Positions 21,201 through 29,910 of a stretch of 64,000 nucleotides of DNA are shown piece by piece (the stretch's first letter is position 1; every line of letters starts with the position of its first letter). Made by a program: the position numbers and the translations under genes. The notes below the pieces were generated by a model. It was not told the origin of the DNA and made no database searches. It saw nothing but the letters and a program-made list of their open reading frames with translations. Source of the stretch: Alphaproteobacteria bacterium (GTDB taxonomy: Bacteria > Pseudomonadota > Alphaproteobacteria > RF32 > CAG-239); contig JAZODJ010000025.1 in assembly GCA_045597005.1 (NCBI GenBank), positions 6,391 through 70,390 on the forward strand, read 5' to 3'.

Positions 21201-21530
21201 TATTACAAATCAAGGTTTATATTAAAAGATGCAAAAGGTTTTGGTAATGTTATCGGAATCTCGTTAGATGGCGGATATCATGCTAAATATCAAGAGTTTG
21301 ATATTCGAGGTTTGATAGCACCGGCCTATGGATTAAACACATTTTTAGGAAAAATTCCGCTTGTTGGTACTTTGTTAAGCGGAAAAGACGGTACCGTATT
21401 TGCGGTAAATTATCAAATTGTTGGCAATATCGATGAACCGATGATTGATATTAATCCGCTTTCGGCGCTGAGTCCGAATTCGCTCAAAGATTTGTGGAAA
21501 GACAATTTCGGAGATGTTAATGGCAACTGA
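18267..21530 (+). CDS. AsmA/YhdP-like large envelope protein (DUF3971/AsmA_2-type C-terminus)
   Basis: 1087 aa with one N-terminal TM anchor and a long beta-rich body. The C-terminus ...GKDGTVFAVNYQIVGNIDEPMIDINPLSALSP is typical of the YhdP/TamB/AsmA-like family. Confidence 0.7.
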   Translation: MKKLSNRSYTLHKIADFAGVIILVGLLLFIWQLYRGSIAIPFLKPYIIRALNHDDTDYHVSLDGVNLELVRSVQPLRIIANNVVYKKENSITINAPKVALSFSIKALLRGIIAPSSIEVDQAKIFIFNSYGVENKKSSDEVSRKKLEYYYDIAAGFWERFNSEDNTYPESYINNIQITDADVELLEVDLGKRWLFSDVNYHFNRGFTKLTTEINALMPFGESTSSLGLEIDYNYKDSQAGLNFYFSDLIPADLLQIVTQNTSSQDFYNIRIPLHGNINTVFNLQNLSEYKSDILSNSEKIIDRISFELNGEKGRIKFSEDENYDYDISGLILRGELSGNLEQINITNAGLNLDNQTASLGLEVKGLKEWLLKSSYKDLAIRLTANVKELETDKLSRFWPKYFGAKAWDWCKESLFGGTIKNGVFSFDFGYDDKAKGIAFKDLSGKADIEKGNLIYLNTMPKVTNIYGTATFTSHNIRIDLDKAKSDNVVLNHGYVDLYDLNKDDNFLKLELNAIGSITDILKLIDHEPLNYPTDMGLNPETIKGSAIADLGLEFELRQDLDPASIKVNVDAVLRDVLIKEAIKDKAIEAKTLGFHLDNQQMNISGVANIEGLPLTFLWNENFVAKNYQRRYQISFNFDDAFKEKIGLNVAALNAPHIKGTIPTKAIVTVYPDNRTIIDVHGNLRETVIDYSFLGFAKKAGTNGEITAQINVDGTKVSSIPKFTLTKPDFKLNGNVSFADDGRVKSVDIKDIKGPKTNAKAKIDFSYQPKENVKIIVSGSSYDLSAFFAEDEDKIAERRKKRAALKDSNLIDDDDDDKMWDTTPDTDINIAVDKLWTNDKVSIRNFAGSAQILNKIGINEMHLVGNFKSNKNNPNHKLYLKLDYTPRPNKEYLLSIDSNDAGSTLRFLRLYDYVRGGHLSINGKRGADKKFIGHAKARDFNVIKTNVFAKLLTLASFTGFVDMLSGDGIAFTHFDAPFEYYKSRFILKDAKGFGNVIGISLDGGYHAKYQEFDIRGLIAPAYGLNTFLGKIPLVGTLLSGKDGTVFAVNYQIVGNIDEPMIDINPLSALSPNSLKDLWKDNFGDVNGN

Positions 21531-22038
21531 CAATCAACTCAAAATAGGTCTGGATTATCACGGAGTTATTGATAAAAAAACAGACTATTTTGCAAAGTTT
21601 TGTTCAGAGGCCAAGGCACGCAATCATCTTGTTTATATAATTACCGGAGGTCCTAAACTGAAAGTAGAAGAGGCATTAAAAAAACAAAACATACAATATG
21701 ATTTTGTTTTTGCCATATCTGATTATTATCAAGCTTTAGGAAAGTTGGAATTAACACCGGATGGGACAATTAATATTCCCGAATATTTATGGAATATAGC
21801 CAAAGCCGATTTTTGTCGTCGTAACAATATTAATTTTCATATTGACGATAGCATAGCTTATTTACATTGGTTTTCTACACCTTTTTGTTTTTATGATGAC
21901 AAAGTCAATAAATGTTATCTTTCTCCGGGGATTGTTATTGATTTTTTGCAACCTATAAATGATATTTTTGACAAGATAGAACAAATCAGTGCCAATCTGA
22001 CATCATTTTCATTTTGCAAAAAAGAAAACGAACAATAA
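21514..22038 (+). CDS. hypothetical protein, HAD-like fold with degenerate motif I
   Basis: GLDYHGVID sits where HAD motif I DxDGV would be, with the second Asp replaced by His. IITGGP and HIDDS are also present. It overlaps the end of the AsmA-like gene. Confidence 0.5.
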   Translation: MLMATDNQLKIGLDYHGVIDKKTDYFAKFCSEAKARNHLVYIITGGPKLKVEEALKKQNIQYDFVFAISDYYQALGKLELTPDGTINIPEYLWNIAKADFCRRNNINFHIDDSIAYLHWFSTPFCFYDDKVNKCYLSPGIVIDFLQPINDIFDKIEQISANLTSFSFCKKENEQ

Positions 22039-22143
22039 CAAAAAAGGAAATTTATTGCTTTTTTAACCTTTTTGTGATACCATAACAATATATGTGGTTT
22101 TTCGCACTTGGTTTTGTGCGTTTATTATATGAGGATGACGAAC

Positions 22144-23553
22144 ATGGCACGTTTATTTCGATCAATAGCAATCATCGTTTTGACAATGATTATAGTTGCT
22201 CCTGCATATTCAAAAATAGTCCATATTACTGACTATAGAAAGGAAGTTTTTGATTACGATACTAATACCACATCTAAAGGAAATAAATGTGAGGGCGTCG
22301 GATGTATCGGTTACAAAAACGTCTCTTGTGACAAAACAAAAAATGAATATGATACAAAACAGCATAATGCCGTATGCGAAGAATTTTATAAGTTTGAAGA
22401 AAAAAAGTGCTATAAGTGTTATTGTCCCAGCAAATATGAATTTACAGAATCCCAATGTACATCAACAGGATTTGCTACACCTGATGATGCTTATAGATGT
22501 TCTTTGGGTGACAACAATTATTACTCAACTTGTAATTGTGCCTCTAAATATTTGCTGTTAAATAATTTCGTTAATGTTACGACGTTAGATAAGAACTTTA
22601 CATATACCCGCAAAGATATAAAAGGTATAAAAGGGATTGCCGGTGGCGGCAGCACTAAAGAAGGTACAGAAATTAGTTGTTTAGAATATACTACATTTAA
22701 GTGCAAAACGGGTGATAAGATGGATAATACAAAGTTGAGTATTAAAACCCAAGGAAGCGGTAGTGTTACGTTTACTCATGGTGATGACAGTTCTTTTATT
22801 ACTTATAACGGTAATTTGAATACCCAAAAAGGTAATGCCCTTGCAAAGGATTTTGATGTAACATATTCAACAGTTTGTGTTACGGGAGTAAGAGCTTATG
22901 CCGAGCCATTGTATGAAACTGATCCACAGGAAAAAAATACTTGTGCAAAGGTTAAAACAGGAAAAACAAAGTACGCTTCAGGCACTTTTTATTATTTTGA
23001 CGGCGACTGTTCAGAAGATGATCCATGTATAGGAACAAATACTACTGTTGATTGTACGGACATTGAATCACCATCTATACCTTATTATGACCCAAACACC
23101 AAGAAAAAAGGCGGTGATAAATCTTGTAAAAAAGTAACCGGATGTTCGCTTGGTATGGTAAAATCCGGTAGTACCACATATATATGCACTGGAAAATATG
23201 AGAAAGCGGATGGGATGGCTATATCCGATATGTCTTCCGGCGGATTTAATTGTGGTAAACTAACGGGGTGTGATACTAATAAAGGATATACCGCATTTGG
23301 AAGCATGTCTAGTAATGCGTATGCTTCAGCAATGTCAGGTAGAACCAGCGGAGAAACTGCTGTAAGTTCATCAAATTCAACTGCAAGTGGCACTATTTAT
23401 GATTCTAGAATAAAAACAACAAAAGTACCACCAGCTATTAAAGAATCAGAATGGGTAGATTATTTGATTTGCCGTAAGCCTATCGGTTGTGCAACCGGAT
23501 ATATGGATACCGAGTCATGTTGGAGTGGTTGTGCAGCTTGGTTCGTGAAGTAA
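22144..23553 (+). CDS. secreted cysteine-rich repeat protein (no known family recognised)
   Basis: The ATG at 22144 has GAGGA upstream. The signal peptide is MARLFRSIAIIVLTMIIVAPAYS. Many Cys residues occur in recurring patterns (CYKCYCPSKY / CNCASKY; CKKVTGC / CGKLTGC / CRKPIGC). Confidence 0.7.
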   Translation: MARLFRSIAIIVLTMIIVAPAYSKIVHITDYRKEVFDYDTNTTSKGNKCEGVGCIGYKNVSCDKTKNEYDTKQHNAVCEEFYKFEEKKCYKCYCPSKYEFTESQCTSTGFATPDDAYRCSLGDNNYYSTCNCASKYLLLNNFVNVTTLDKNFTYTRKDIKGIKGIAGGGSTKEGTEISCLEYTTFKCKTGDKMDNTKLSIKTQGSGSVTFTHGDDSSFITYNGNLNTQKGNALAKDFDVTYSTVCVTGVRAYAEPLYETDPQEKNTCAKVKTGKTKYASGTFYYFDGDCSEDDPCIGTNTTVDCTDIESPSIPYYDPNTKKKGGDKSCKKVTGCSLGMVKSGSTTYICTGKYEKADGMAISDMSSGGFNCGKLTGCDTNKGYTAFGSMSSNAYASAMSGRTSGETAVSSSNSTASGTIYDSRIKTTKVPPAIKESEWVDYLICRKPIGCATGYMDTESCWSGCAAWFVK

Positions 23554-23561
23554 CAAACTAG

Positions 23562-23592
23562 AAAGAAGCACCTCTGCGAGGTGCTTCTTTTT
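23562..23592. terminator. bidirectional rho-independent terminator between convergent genes
   Basis: Hairpin agaagcacc-tctgcga-ggtgcttct, flanked by A-rich sequence on one side and a T tract on the other. Confidence 0.7.
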
Positions 23593-23613
23593 CAAATGAT
23601 ATATATTATCAAA

Positions 23614-24519
23614 TTAATTTATTAAACCTTTGGGCCTTGTAAAACTGGGCATAGCATCATCATCTGATGGTGATACCGCCAAATTTGTTGTTTTGATTGC
23701 TGATGATGTATTTCCGATTGCCACATAAGCACCCGATGCAGCATCAAGTTTGTAATAATATTTATCGACAGCTGGAATATTTTCTCCTTTGCCTAAATAT
23801 AAATATCCTCCTTGCGGCTGCTTTTCACTTATTCTTTTTAAGATATCATCCTGATGTTCCGGTGCAAAATATCGCAAAACATTACGGCAGAACACTACCT
23901 CGAATTTTGACTTAACAATTGCTTGTTCCAGCATATTATAACGTCTGAATTCAATCATCTTTTTTATATCATCTTTAACAAACCATTGTTCGCTTTCTAA
24001 GTCAAAATATTCCAATATTGTTTTGGCATTAAGCCCCATTTGAATTTCAAAATTGTTATATATTCCTCGTTGCGCTTTGCTTATGGCAACAGACGACAAG
24101 TCTGAACCCAAAATATTTATATCCCAATCGGCAAACATTTTATCAGCTTTGTTAATTGCCATAGCAATCGAATATGCTTCCTGTCCGGTTGAGCATCCCA
24201 AACTCCAGATATTTAACTTTTTAGTTGCTCTGCATTTTTCCTTAAGTTTTGGCAACAAGACTTTTTGAAATCGGTAAAAAACATCAAAATCTCTAAAAAA
24301 AGCCGTATCCGAAAAAGCCATAGCCTCAACAACTTGTGAAATCAAAGGTCTGTTATTGGTCTTAAGCTCCATAACCAATTCTTCTATAGAGTTAAACCCT
24401 TTTTCTCTTATAAAATTGCTCATTTTTTTATCAAGGATAAAATATTGGGCTTCATCAAACTCCCAACCGGCGTTTTCTTTCAACAAATCTAACAAAAATT
24501 CAAAATCTTGCCGACGCAT
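23614..24519 (-). CDS. cheR: CheR-type protein-glutamate O-methyltransferase
   Basis: Motifs FFRD, IWSLGCSTGQEAYSIAM, VFCRNVLRYF and GGYLYLG are present. Confidence 0.85.
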   Translation of the reverse strand: MRRQDFEFLLDLLKENAGWEFDEAQYFILDKKMSNFIREKGFNSIEELVMELKTNNRPLISQVVEAMAFSDTAFFRDFDVFYRFQKVLLPKLKEKCRATKKLNIWSLGCSTGQEAYSIAMAINKADKMFADWDINILGSDLSSVAISKAQRGIYNNFEIQMGLNAKTILEYFDLESEQWFVKDDIKKMIEFRRYNMLEQAIVKSKFEVVFCRNVLRYFAPEHQDDILKRISEKQPQGGYLYLGKGENIPAVDKYYYKLDAASGAYVAIGNTSSAIKTTNLAVSPSDDDAMPSFTRPKGLIN

Positions 24520-24896
24520 TATTTTACTCCTTGCAATACTTTTATAATCTTTAGTTTTGATGCAATAATGTCCTCATCAAACGGACGCATTATAAAGTCA
24601 TCAGCACCGGCACTAATTGCCTGAGATATAACATCGGCGTCTTTTATATACGAGCAGAACATAAAAATAGGTTGCTTGATTTTTTTATCCGAGCGAATTT
24701 TTAACAATACATCTATTCCATCAATCAAAGGCATTTGCCAATCACAAATAATCAAATCCGGCATATCTTTAGCGCATTGTTCCAACAAATCTTCGCCATC
24801 TTCAGCCTCAGAAACCGTATAACCGAAGTTTTCCAGAATCTTTGATAAAAGCATTCTCATTATTTTTGAATCATCGGCAACAATACAACTTGGCAT
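24519..24896 (-). CDS. CheY-like single-domain response regulator
   Basis: A 125-aa receiver with ADD...DLIICDWQMPLIDG...RPF. It shares 1 nt with the cheR start. Confidence 0.85.
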   Translation of the reverse strand: MPSCIVADDSKIMRMLLSKILENFGYTVSEAEDGEDLLEQCAKDMPDLIICDWQMPLIDGIDVLLKIRSDKKIKQPIFMFCSYIKDADVISQAISAGADDFIMRPFDEDIIASKLKIIKVLQGVK

Positions 24897-24900
24897 ATTT

Positions 24901-25497
24901 TTACTCCATTACCAACTGAATAAAATCAGCTGTTTGCACAAGACTTATTTTAAGATTATCATTTTGTTCTGATAAAAACCATACCGGAGCCATTGCCGCA
25001 TCATTAGGTTCAGACATTCCGTTTACGGCATTATAAATCTTTTCTAACTTGTCAGACGATATTTTTAATGAGCTGTCAATACTGCAGATAAGGCGATTAT
25101 TCTGTTCAAAAACACTTATTTCGCCGCCTCGTATCAGTATATCCGCTATTGCCATAACCATCAACATTGCAAATCTCTGATTGTTTTCGCACACACTCAT
25201 CTTCAACGTTATGGGATAATCTTTGTTACCTAGAGTATGCAAATAATCTTGCGTTGTTTTAAATACAACATCGTTATTTGTAAGTCCGGTATTTCCTAAA
25301 CCGAAAGCTAATCGAAAAAATTTCATTCTGGCAGTCAATGTTTGTGAGCTTGTTTTTAATATCGACTTTATATCATCCATAAAATCAAGGTCATCTTCTT
25401 CTAAAAGTTCAACCGCATTAGCTACAGCCCCGATATTACCCACAATATCATGGCTTATTCGAGTACAAACTAATTCACAAATACGACTATTATTCAT
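24901..25497 (-). CDS. ChpT-like histidine phosphotransferase (HPTransfase family)
   Basis: ELVCTRISHDIVGNIGAVANAVELLEE resembles the phospho-His helix of Caulobacter ChpT. The length of ~200 aa fits the family. Confidence 0.7.
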   Translation of the reverse strand: MNNSRICELVCTRISHDIVGNIGAVANAVELLEEDDLDFMDDIKSILKTSSQTLTARMKFFRLAFGLGNTGLTNNDVVFKTTQDYLHTLGNKDYPITLKMSVCENNQRFAMLMVMAIADILIRGGEISVFEQNNRLICSIDSSLKISSDKLEKIYNAVNGMSEPNDAAMAPVWFLSEQNDNLKISLVQTADFIQLVME

Positions 25498-25518
25498 TGT
25501 TCAATCCTGTTAAATTTC

Positions 25519-26730
25519 CTAAAAATTATAAAACTCACTATTTATAAAACGTTGGTCTTCGCGAGACATTCTGGTATAATCAAGTTCTCGAAACATCGGA
25601 TCTTCCAACAACAAATTTCCTGTTGAAGCTTTAAGATACGGCTTGTCTCCGCCCATTCCCCAAGTAACAGTTGTTTTATTATCCGGATGACCATATTTTT
25701 GATTTATTTTCTTCCAAAAATCGTAGACTTTTATATTTCGAATATAAACAGCTTTCGGCGAGTTTCCCGTAATATTGGCAATTGTAGATTTATAAACGAT
25801 TTTGTAAACTTTATTTTCCGTAAAATTACTTGTAAAGTATACTTCAATTTCTTCTTTTGAATCATATTTGACGTATTTTATATATTGCATATATTGATGT
25901 CCGTCTTTCTTAGCCATATTTATTACACAGGCTTCCAAGCGCTCATATCCGACAACACCTTTTGTTCTGCAAGTTTCTTCGTTACGCCACTTGATGAAGT
26001 TAGGGATTTCAAAACGAGCATTTACTTTTCTGAAACCTCGATTTTCTAACGTGCGTTCAACTTGTTTAAGATTCATTCTTAACATTACACCTGATATATC
26101 AAATACCGATGCATTCGATTTTCCGTCATTATCTTTGTTGCGAGATTTTTTTACCAACTCTTCAAGTTTGCTTTCTTTTTTGTCTTTATCATCTTTTTCT
26201 TCATCAATATTAAGCAAAGATAACGGATTAGATGTGGTTAATTTTTCAACCCATGTTCCCTCCAACATTTTTTTAGGTTGTTCTGGATCATTTTCTTTCA
26301 GCGTTTCTGTCAGGCTTTTATCTTTATCAAAAGCATCTATTTCCGTTTCTATGTTGGGACGTTTGGGAATAAAGATAGGTTCATCAGAACTTTCGACAAT
26401 CTTGTTTTCGACACCTAATACGGTTCCTGTTGCCGGAGTATATTTTGTTTCCGGCAACATTATGGGAGCTTCAAACTCGGTAATTTTAGCACTTGGTTGT
26501 TTATTTTCCTCGGGTAAAACAACATCAGAAGAATTATCGTCAGGCTTGATTGCTTCCTCGACAACCTTTGTGTCAGGCGTATCGGCAACCGATGGCTCAA
26601 TATCAGGCAAATCATCAAAATTAAAATCTTCCGGAAACGGGTAGTCGGCAGAATCTTCGCTTGCTTTTGTCGGTAAAGAACAAAAAAGCATTAAAGCTGT
26701 AAAAACAATTATCAAGAATTTAATTTTCAT
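25519..26730 (-). CDS. secreted hypothetical protein (signal peptide, acidic linker, C-terminal globular domain)
   Basis: The signal peptide is MKIKFLIIVFTALMLFCSLPTKA. A D/E/P-rich segment follows, then a ~200-aa C-terminal region with no recognised motif. It ends 21 nt upstream of the ChpT-like gene on the same strand. Confidence 0.65.
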   Translation of the reverse strand: MKIKFLIIVFTALMLFCSLPTKASEDSADYPFPEDFNFDDLPDIEPSVADTPDTKVVEEAIKPDDNSSDVVLPEENKQPSAKITEFEAPIMLPETKYTPATGTVLGVENKIVESSDEPIFIPKRPNIETEIDAFDKDKSLTETLKENDPEQPKKMLEGTWVEKLTTSNPLSLLNIDEEKDDKDKKESKLEELVKKSRNKDNDGKSNASVFDISGVMLRMNLKQVERTLENRGFRKVNARFEIPNFIKWRNEETCRTKGVVGYERLEACVINMAKKDGHQYMQYIKYVKYDSKEEIEVYFTSNFTENKVYKIVYKSTIANITGNSPKAVYIRNIKVYDFWKKINQKYGHPDNKTTVTWGMGGDKPYLKASTGNLLLEDPMFRELDYTRMSREDQRFINSEFYNF

Positions 26731-26863
26731 TTCAAAAATATCTCCCGATACACCTTTCAGAGCGCATTATATTGGTTTTTATTTTTAATGGCAAACAATA
26801 TACACAACTTATAAACGGAAGTTTTTATTTACTTTTGTATAAAAATTAATTATAACGTCGTTT

Positions 26864-28222
26864 ATGATGTCAAAAAAAGAAATACATATAATAGGGGCAG
26901 GGCTCGCCGGATCCGAAGCGGCATGGCAATTGGCTTCTCGCGGAATAAGTGTCGTCATCCACGAAATGAGACCGCAAAAAATGTCTCCGGCACACAAAAC
27001 CGCAAAAGCAGCAGAGCTTGTTTGCTCAAATTCATTGCGTTCCGATGATTTTAATAATTCGGCAATAGGTGTTTTGCACCAAGAAATGCGCCTTGCAGGT
27101 TCAATAATAATGGAAGCCGCAGACAAAACCAAAGTACCTGCCGGAGGAGCATTGGCCGTAGACAGAGAAGGTTTTTCCGCATATATTGACAATAAATTGA
27201 AATCACACCCTTTAATCAGTTTTGTTGAAGAAGAACAAACATCGGTTCCGCTTGATTTACCTCATGTTATTATTGCAAGCGGACCATTAACATCGGAATC
27301 TTTAATCAAATCCATTATAAGCTTGGTTGGTAATCAAAGCCTTAATTTTTTTGATGCCATAGCTCCGGTAATCTACAAAGACAGTATAGATTTTTCTAAA
27401 GCTTGGTACCAGTCTCGTTATGATAAAGGTGACAAGTTTGACTACATAAACTGTCCGTTAAATGAAGAGCAATATTATGCGTTTGTTGATGCTCTGCTTT
27501 CTGCTGAAAAAGTAGAATTTCACGATTTTGAAAAAACTTCGTATTTTGATGGTTGTTTACCGATAGAGGTTATGGCCGAAAGAGGCAAAGATACTCTTCT
27601 TTTCGGACCTCTAAAGCCGGTCGGTCTGACAAATTCTCATAATCCGGAGCAAAAGCCGTTTGCGGTTGTCCAACTTAGACAAGACAATAAAGAGGACACT
27701 TTGCGTAATATGGTTGGTTTCCAAACCAAAATGAAATATGGTGAACAAGAACGTATTTTCAGACAAATTCCCGGACTTGAAAATGCCAGATTTGCAAGGC
27801 TTGGCGGAATACATAAAAATACCTTTATAAAATCGCCTGTTTTGTTGGATGAATATTTACGTCTCAAATCTCATATCAACATATCATTTGCCGGTCAGAT
27901 AACCGGATGCGAGGGATACGTTGAAAGTGCGGCTGTCGGATATTTGGTGGGTTATTTTAAATCATGCGAACTCACTGATAAAACAGCAGTTTTACCTCCG
28001 GAAACCACGGCTTTTGGCGCTGTTTATAAGCATTTGCGAGATGATACCAATATTGAAGATTATCAACCTATGAATGTTAACTTCGGTTTGTTTCCGACGA
28101 TTGTCGGCGAAACTACATCTAACGGCAGATTTCGCAAAATAAAAGGCATGGAACGCAAAGAAGCTTATTGCCGCAGAGCATTAGAAGACGTATTACCGTG
28201 GGTTGCACAAATTAGGGCGTAA
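26864..28222 (+). CDS. trmFO: methylenetetrahydrofolate--tRNA-(uracil54-C5)-methyltransferase TrmFO
   Basis: It has the FAD motif IIGAGLAGSEAAWQL, LVCSNSLRSD, and FAGQITGCEGYVESAA. Confidence 0.92.
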   Translation: MMSKKEIHIIGAGLAGSEAAWQLASRGISVVIHEMRPQKMSPAHKTAKAAELVCSNSLRSDDFNNSAIGVLHQEMRLAGSIIMEAADKTKVPAGGALAVDREGFSAYIDNKLKSHPLISFVEEEQTSVPLDLPHVIIASGPLTSESLIKSIISLVGNQSLNFFDAIAPVIYKDSIDFSKAWYQSRYDKGDKFDYINCPLNEEQYYAFVDALLSAEKVEFHDFEKTSYFDGCLPIEVMAERGKDTLLFGPLKPVGLTNSHNPEQKPFAVVQLRQDNKEDTLRNMVGFQTKMKYGEQERIFRQIPGLENARFARLGGIHKNTFIKSPVLLDEYLRLKSHINISFAGQITGCEGYVESAAVGYLVGYFKSCELTDKTAVLPPETTAFGAVYKHLRDDTNIEDYQPMNVNFGLFPTIVGETTSNGRFRKIKGMERKEAYCRRALEDVLPWVAQIRA

Positions 28223-28228
28223 AATAAT

Positions 28229-29074
28229 ATGAATGAAGATATAAGCTATCATAACGAAAATTTTCCGGTCGGAATGTTGGTTAAACCAAAATTTCAAACA
28301 ATCATAAAAGCATATTATACCGCAGCCAGATTTGCTGATGATATAGCCGATTCTTCATTGCTGAGCAATGAAGAAAAAATTGCAAAATTAAACGATATTC
28401 GTGATGCTTTTTTAAATCCTTTAACCGGAAACAGTTATATGAATATCCGAAAATTGGGAAAAATGTTTGTTGCAGAGCAACTGGATGCTTCGTTATTTAC
28501 TGATTTACTTGTTGCTTTTGAAAGAGATGCTGAACAAAAAAAGATATCAATTTGGGAAGAATTATTGGATTATTGCCGATATTCAGCCGCTCCTGTAGGA
28601 AGATTTTTATTGGCATTACACGATGAAAATCCCTCAGCATATTTGCCTGCGGAAAATTTATGTATAATATTGCAAATCCTTGATCATTTAGGTGATATAA
28701 AAGATGATTACAGTTTGTTGCGACGAATATATATTCCCGATGATATTCTGTCTCAATACAATATTTGCAAAACGGATTTGGGACTTAGCTATACCAAACC
28801 GGAAATAAAAGAAATGTTAGCTGAAATTATAGCAAAATTAGAAGCCATGCAGGCAGATACAAAGGTTTTACCTTCGCTTATAAAAGATTTTCGTCTTCGT
28901 TTTGAAGTTTGTGTTATACTTTCATTAACTAATTCTATGATACAAAAGTATAAAAAAGTTGATATTTTACAATGCTCGCCAAATTTAGGAATGATTTCAT
29001 GGTGTAAAGCTTTTTCTCAGGGATTTGTGCGGGCAATATTTTGTAAATATCAAAATCAAAGGCCTGTAATATGA
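28229..29074 (+). CDS. hpnC: squalene synthase HpnC (squalene/phytoene synthase family)
   Basis: It has Asp-rich motifs (ARFADDIAD, LGDIKDD) and is first in a C-D-E gene order. Confidence 0.75.
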   Translation: MNEDISYHNENFPVGMLVKPKFQTIIKAYYTAARFADDIADSSLLSNEEKIAKLNDIRDAFLNPLTGNSYMNIRKLGKMFVAEQLDASLFTDLLVAFERDAEQKKISIWEELLDYCRYSAAPVGRFLLALHDENPSAYLPAENLCIILQILDHLGDIKDDYSLLRRIYIPDDILSQYNICKTDLGLSYTKPEIKEMLAEIIAKLEAMQADTKVLPSLIKDFRLRFEVCVILSLTNSMIQKYKKVDILQCSPNLGMISWCKAFSQGFVRAIFCKYQNQRPVI

Positions 29075-29907
29075 ATAAAATAATAAAAAAAATAGTCAAA
29101 AAATCCGGTTCCTCATTTTTTTGGGGCGTACATATTTTGCCGACAAAAGAGCGCAGGGCGATGTATACATTATATGCTTTTTGTCGGCATATAGATGATA
29201 TTGTAGACGGCGACGATCCTGTATCTCACAAAATGGAATTGCTTGATGCTTGGCGTAAAGAGCTTGATAATATATACGACAAAAAAGTTCCTGCTTCGCA
29301 AATTGGACGTAATATTTATAAAAACTGTATGCGTTTTAATATCCCTAAAGCAGATTTAGTCAGATTATTGGATAGTATATCAATGGACTTACCTTCGCCA
29401 ATTCAGGCTCCGACAATTAATGATTTCTATACCTATTGTCGCGGCGTTGCAAGTGCGCCCGGTAGTATGTCTTTGCGAGTGTTGGGGTGTAAAGATGAAA
29501 AGATGATAAACGAGCTTTCCGAAACATTGGGAATTGCGTTGCAAATCACAAATATTTTAAGAGACGTAAGGGAAGATGCAATAGCCGGTCGTTTATATAT
29601 TCCGCGAGAATTTTTACAAAAAGCAGGGATAGAAACTACCGATCCGATGACAGTATTGATAGATAAAAATTTATCAATGGCACGTGAAGAACTTGCTAAG
29701 ATTGCTGATAGCAATTACAGCAAGGCGTTTGAACTGATAAAACAATTAGATAAAAAAATTGCTCGTAATATAAAGGCTTTGGCATATATATATAAGCATT
29801 ATTTTGATATAATGCAAAATCGCGGATGGGAGATAATTTCTCCAAAACCTCGTATCGGTCGAATAGCTAAGATGTTTTTAGTCATCAAAGCTTTTTGCGG
29901 GAGATAA
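29071..29907 (+). CDS. hpnD: presqualene diphosphate synthase HpnD (squalene/phytoene synthase family)
   Basis: Motifs YAFCRHIDDIVD and NILRDVREDA are present. It overlaps hpnC by 4 nt. Confidence 0.75.
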   Translation: MNKIIKKIVKKSGSSFFWGVHILPTKERRAMYTLYAFCRHIDDIVDGDDPVSHKMELLDAWRKELDNIYDKKVPASQIGRNIYKNCMRFNIPKADLVRLLDSISMDLPSPIQAPTINDFYTYCRGVASAPGSMSLRVLGCKDEKMINELSETLGIALQITNILRDVREDAIAGRLYIPREFLQKAGIETTDPMTVLIDKNLSMAREELAKIADSNYSKAFELIKQLDKKIARNIKALAYIYKHYFDIMQNRGWEIISPKPRIGRIAKMFLVIKAFCGR

Positions 29908-29910
29908 AGG

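Noticed and set aside
24519-24896. Calling the receiver next to the ChpT-like gene CpdR.
   Set aside because: The sequence is more CheY-like (DWQMPxxDG) than CpdR-like, and it is linked to cheR. The evidence is not enough for a CpdR symbol.
25991-26644. A 217-aa Ser-rich ORF antisense to the secreted-protein gene.
   Set aside because: It is the mirror-frame artefact of an acidic, low-complexity coding region. The sense gene has a signal peptide and operon context.
26809-27192. A 127-aa minus-strand ORF overlapping the trmFO 5' end.
   Set aside because: It is antisense to the strongly supported TrmFO FAD-binding region and has no independent support.
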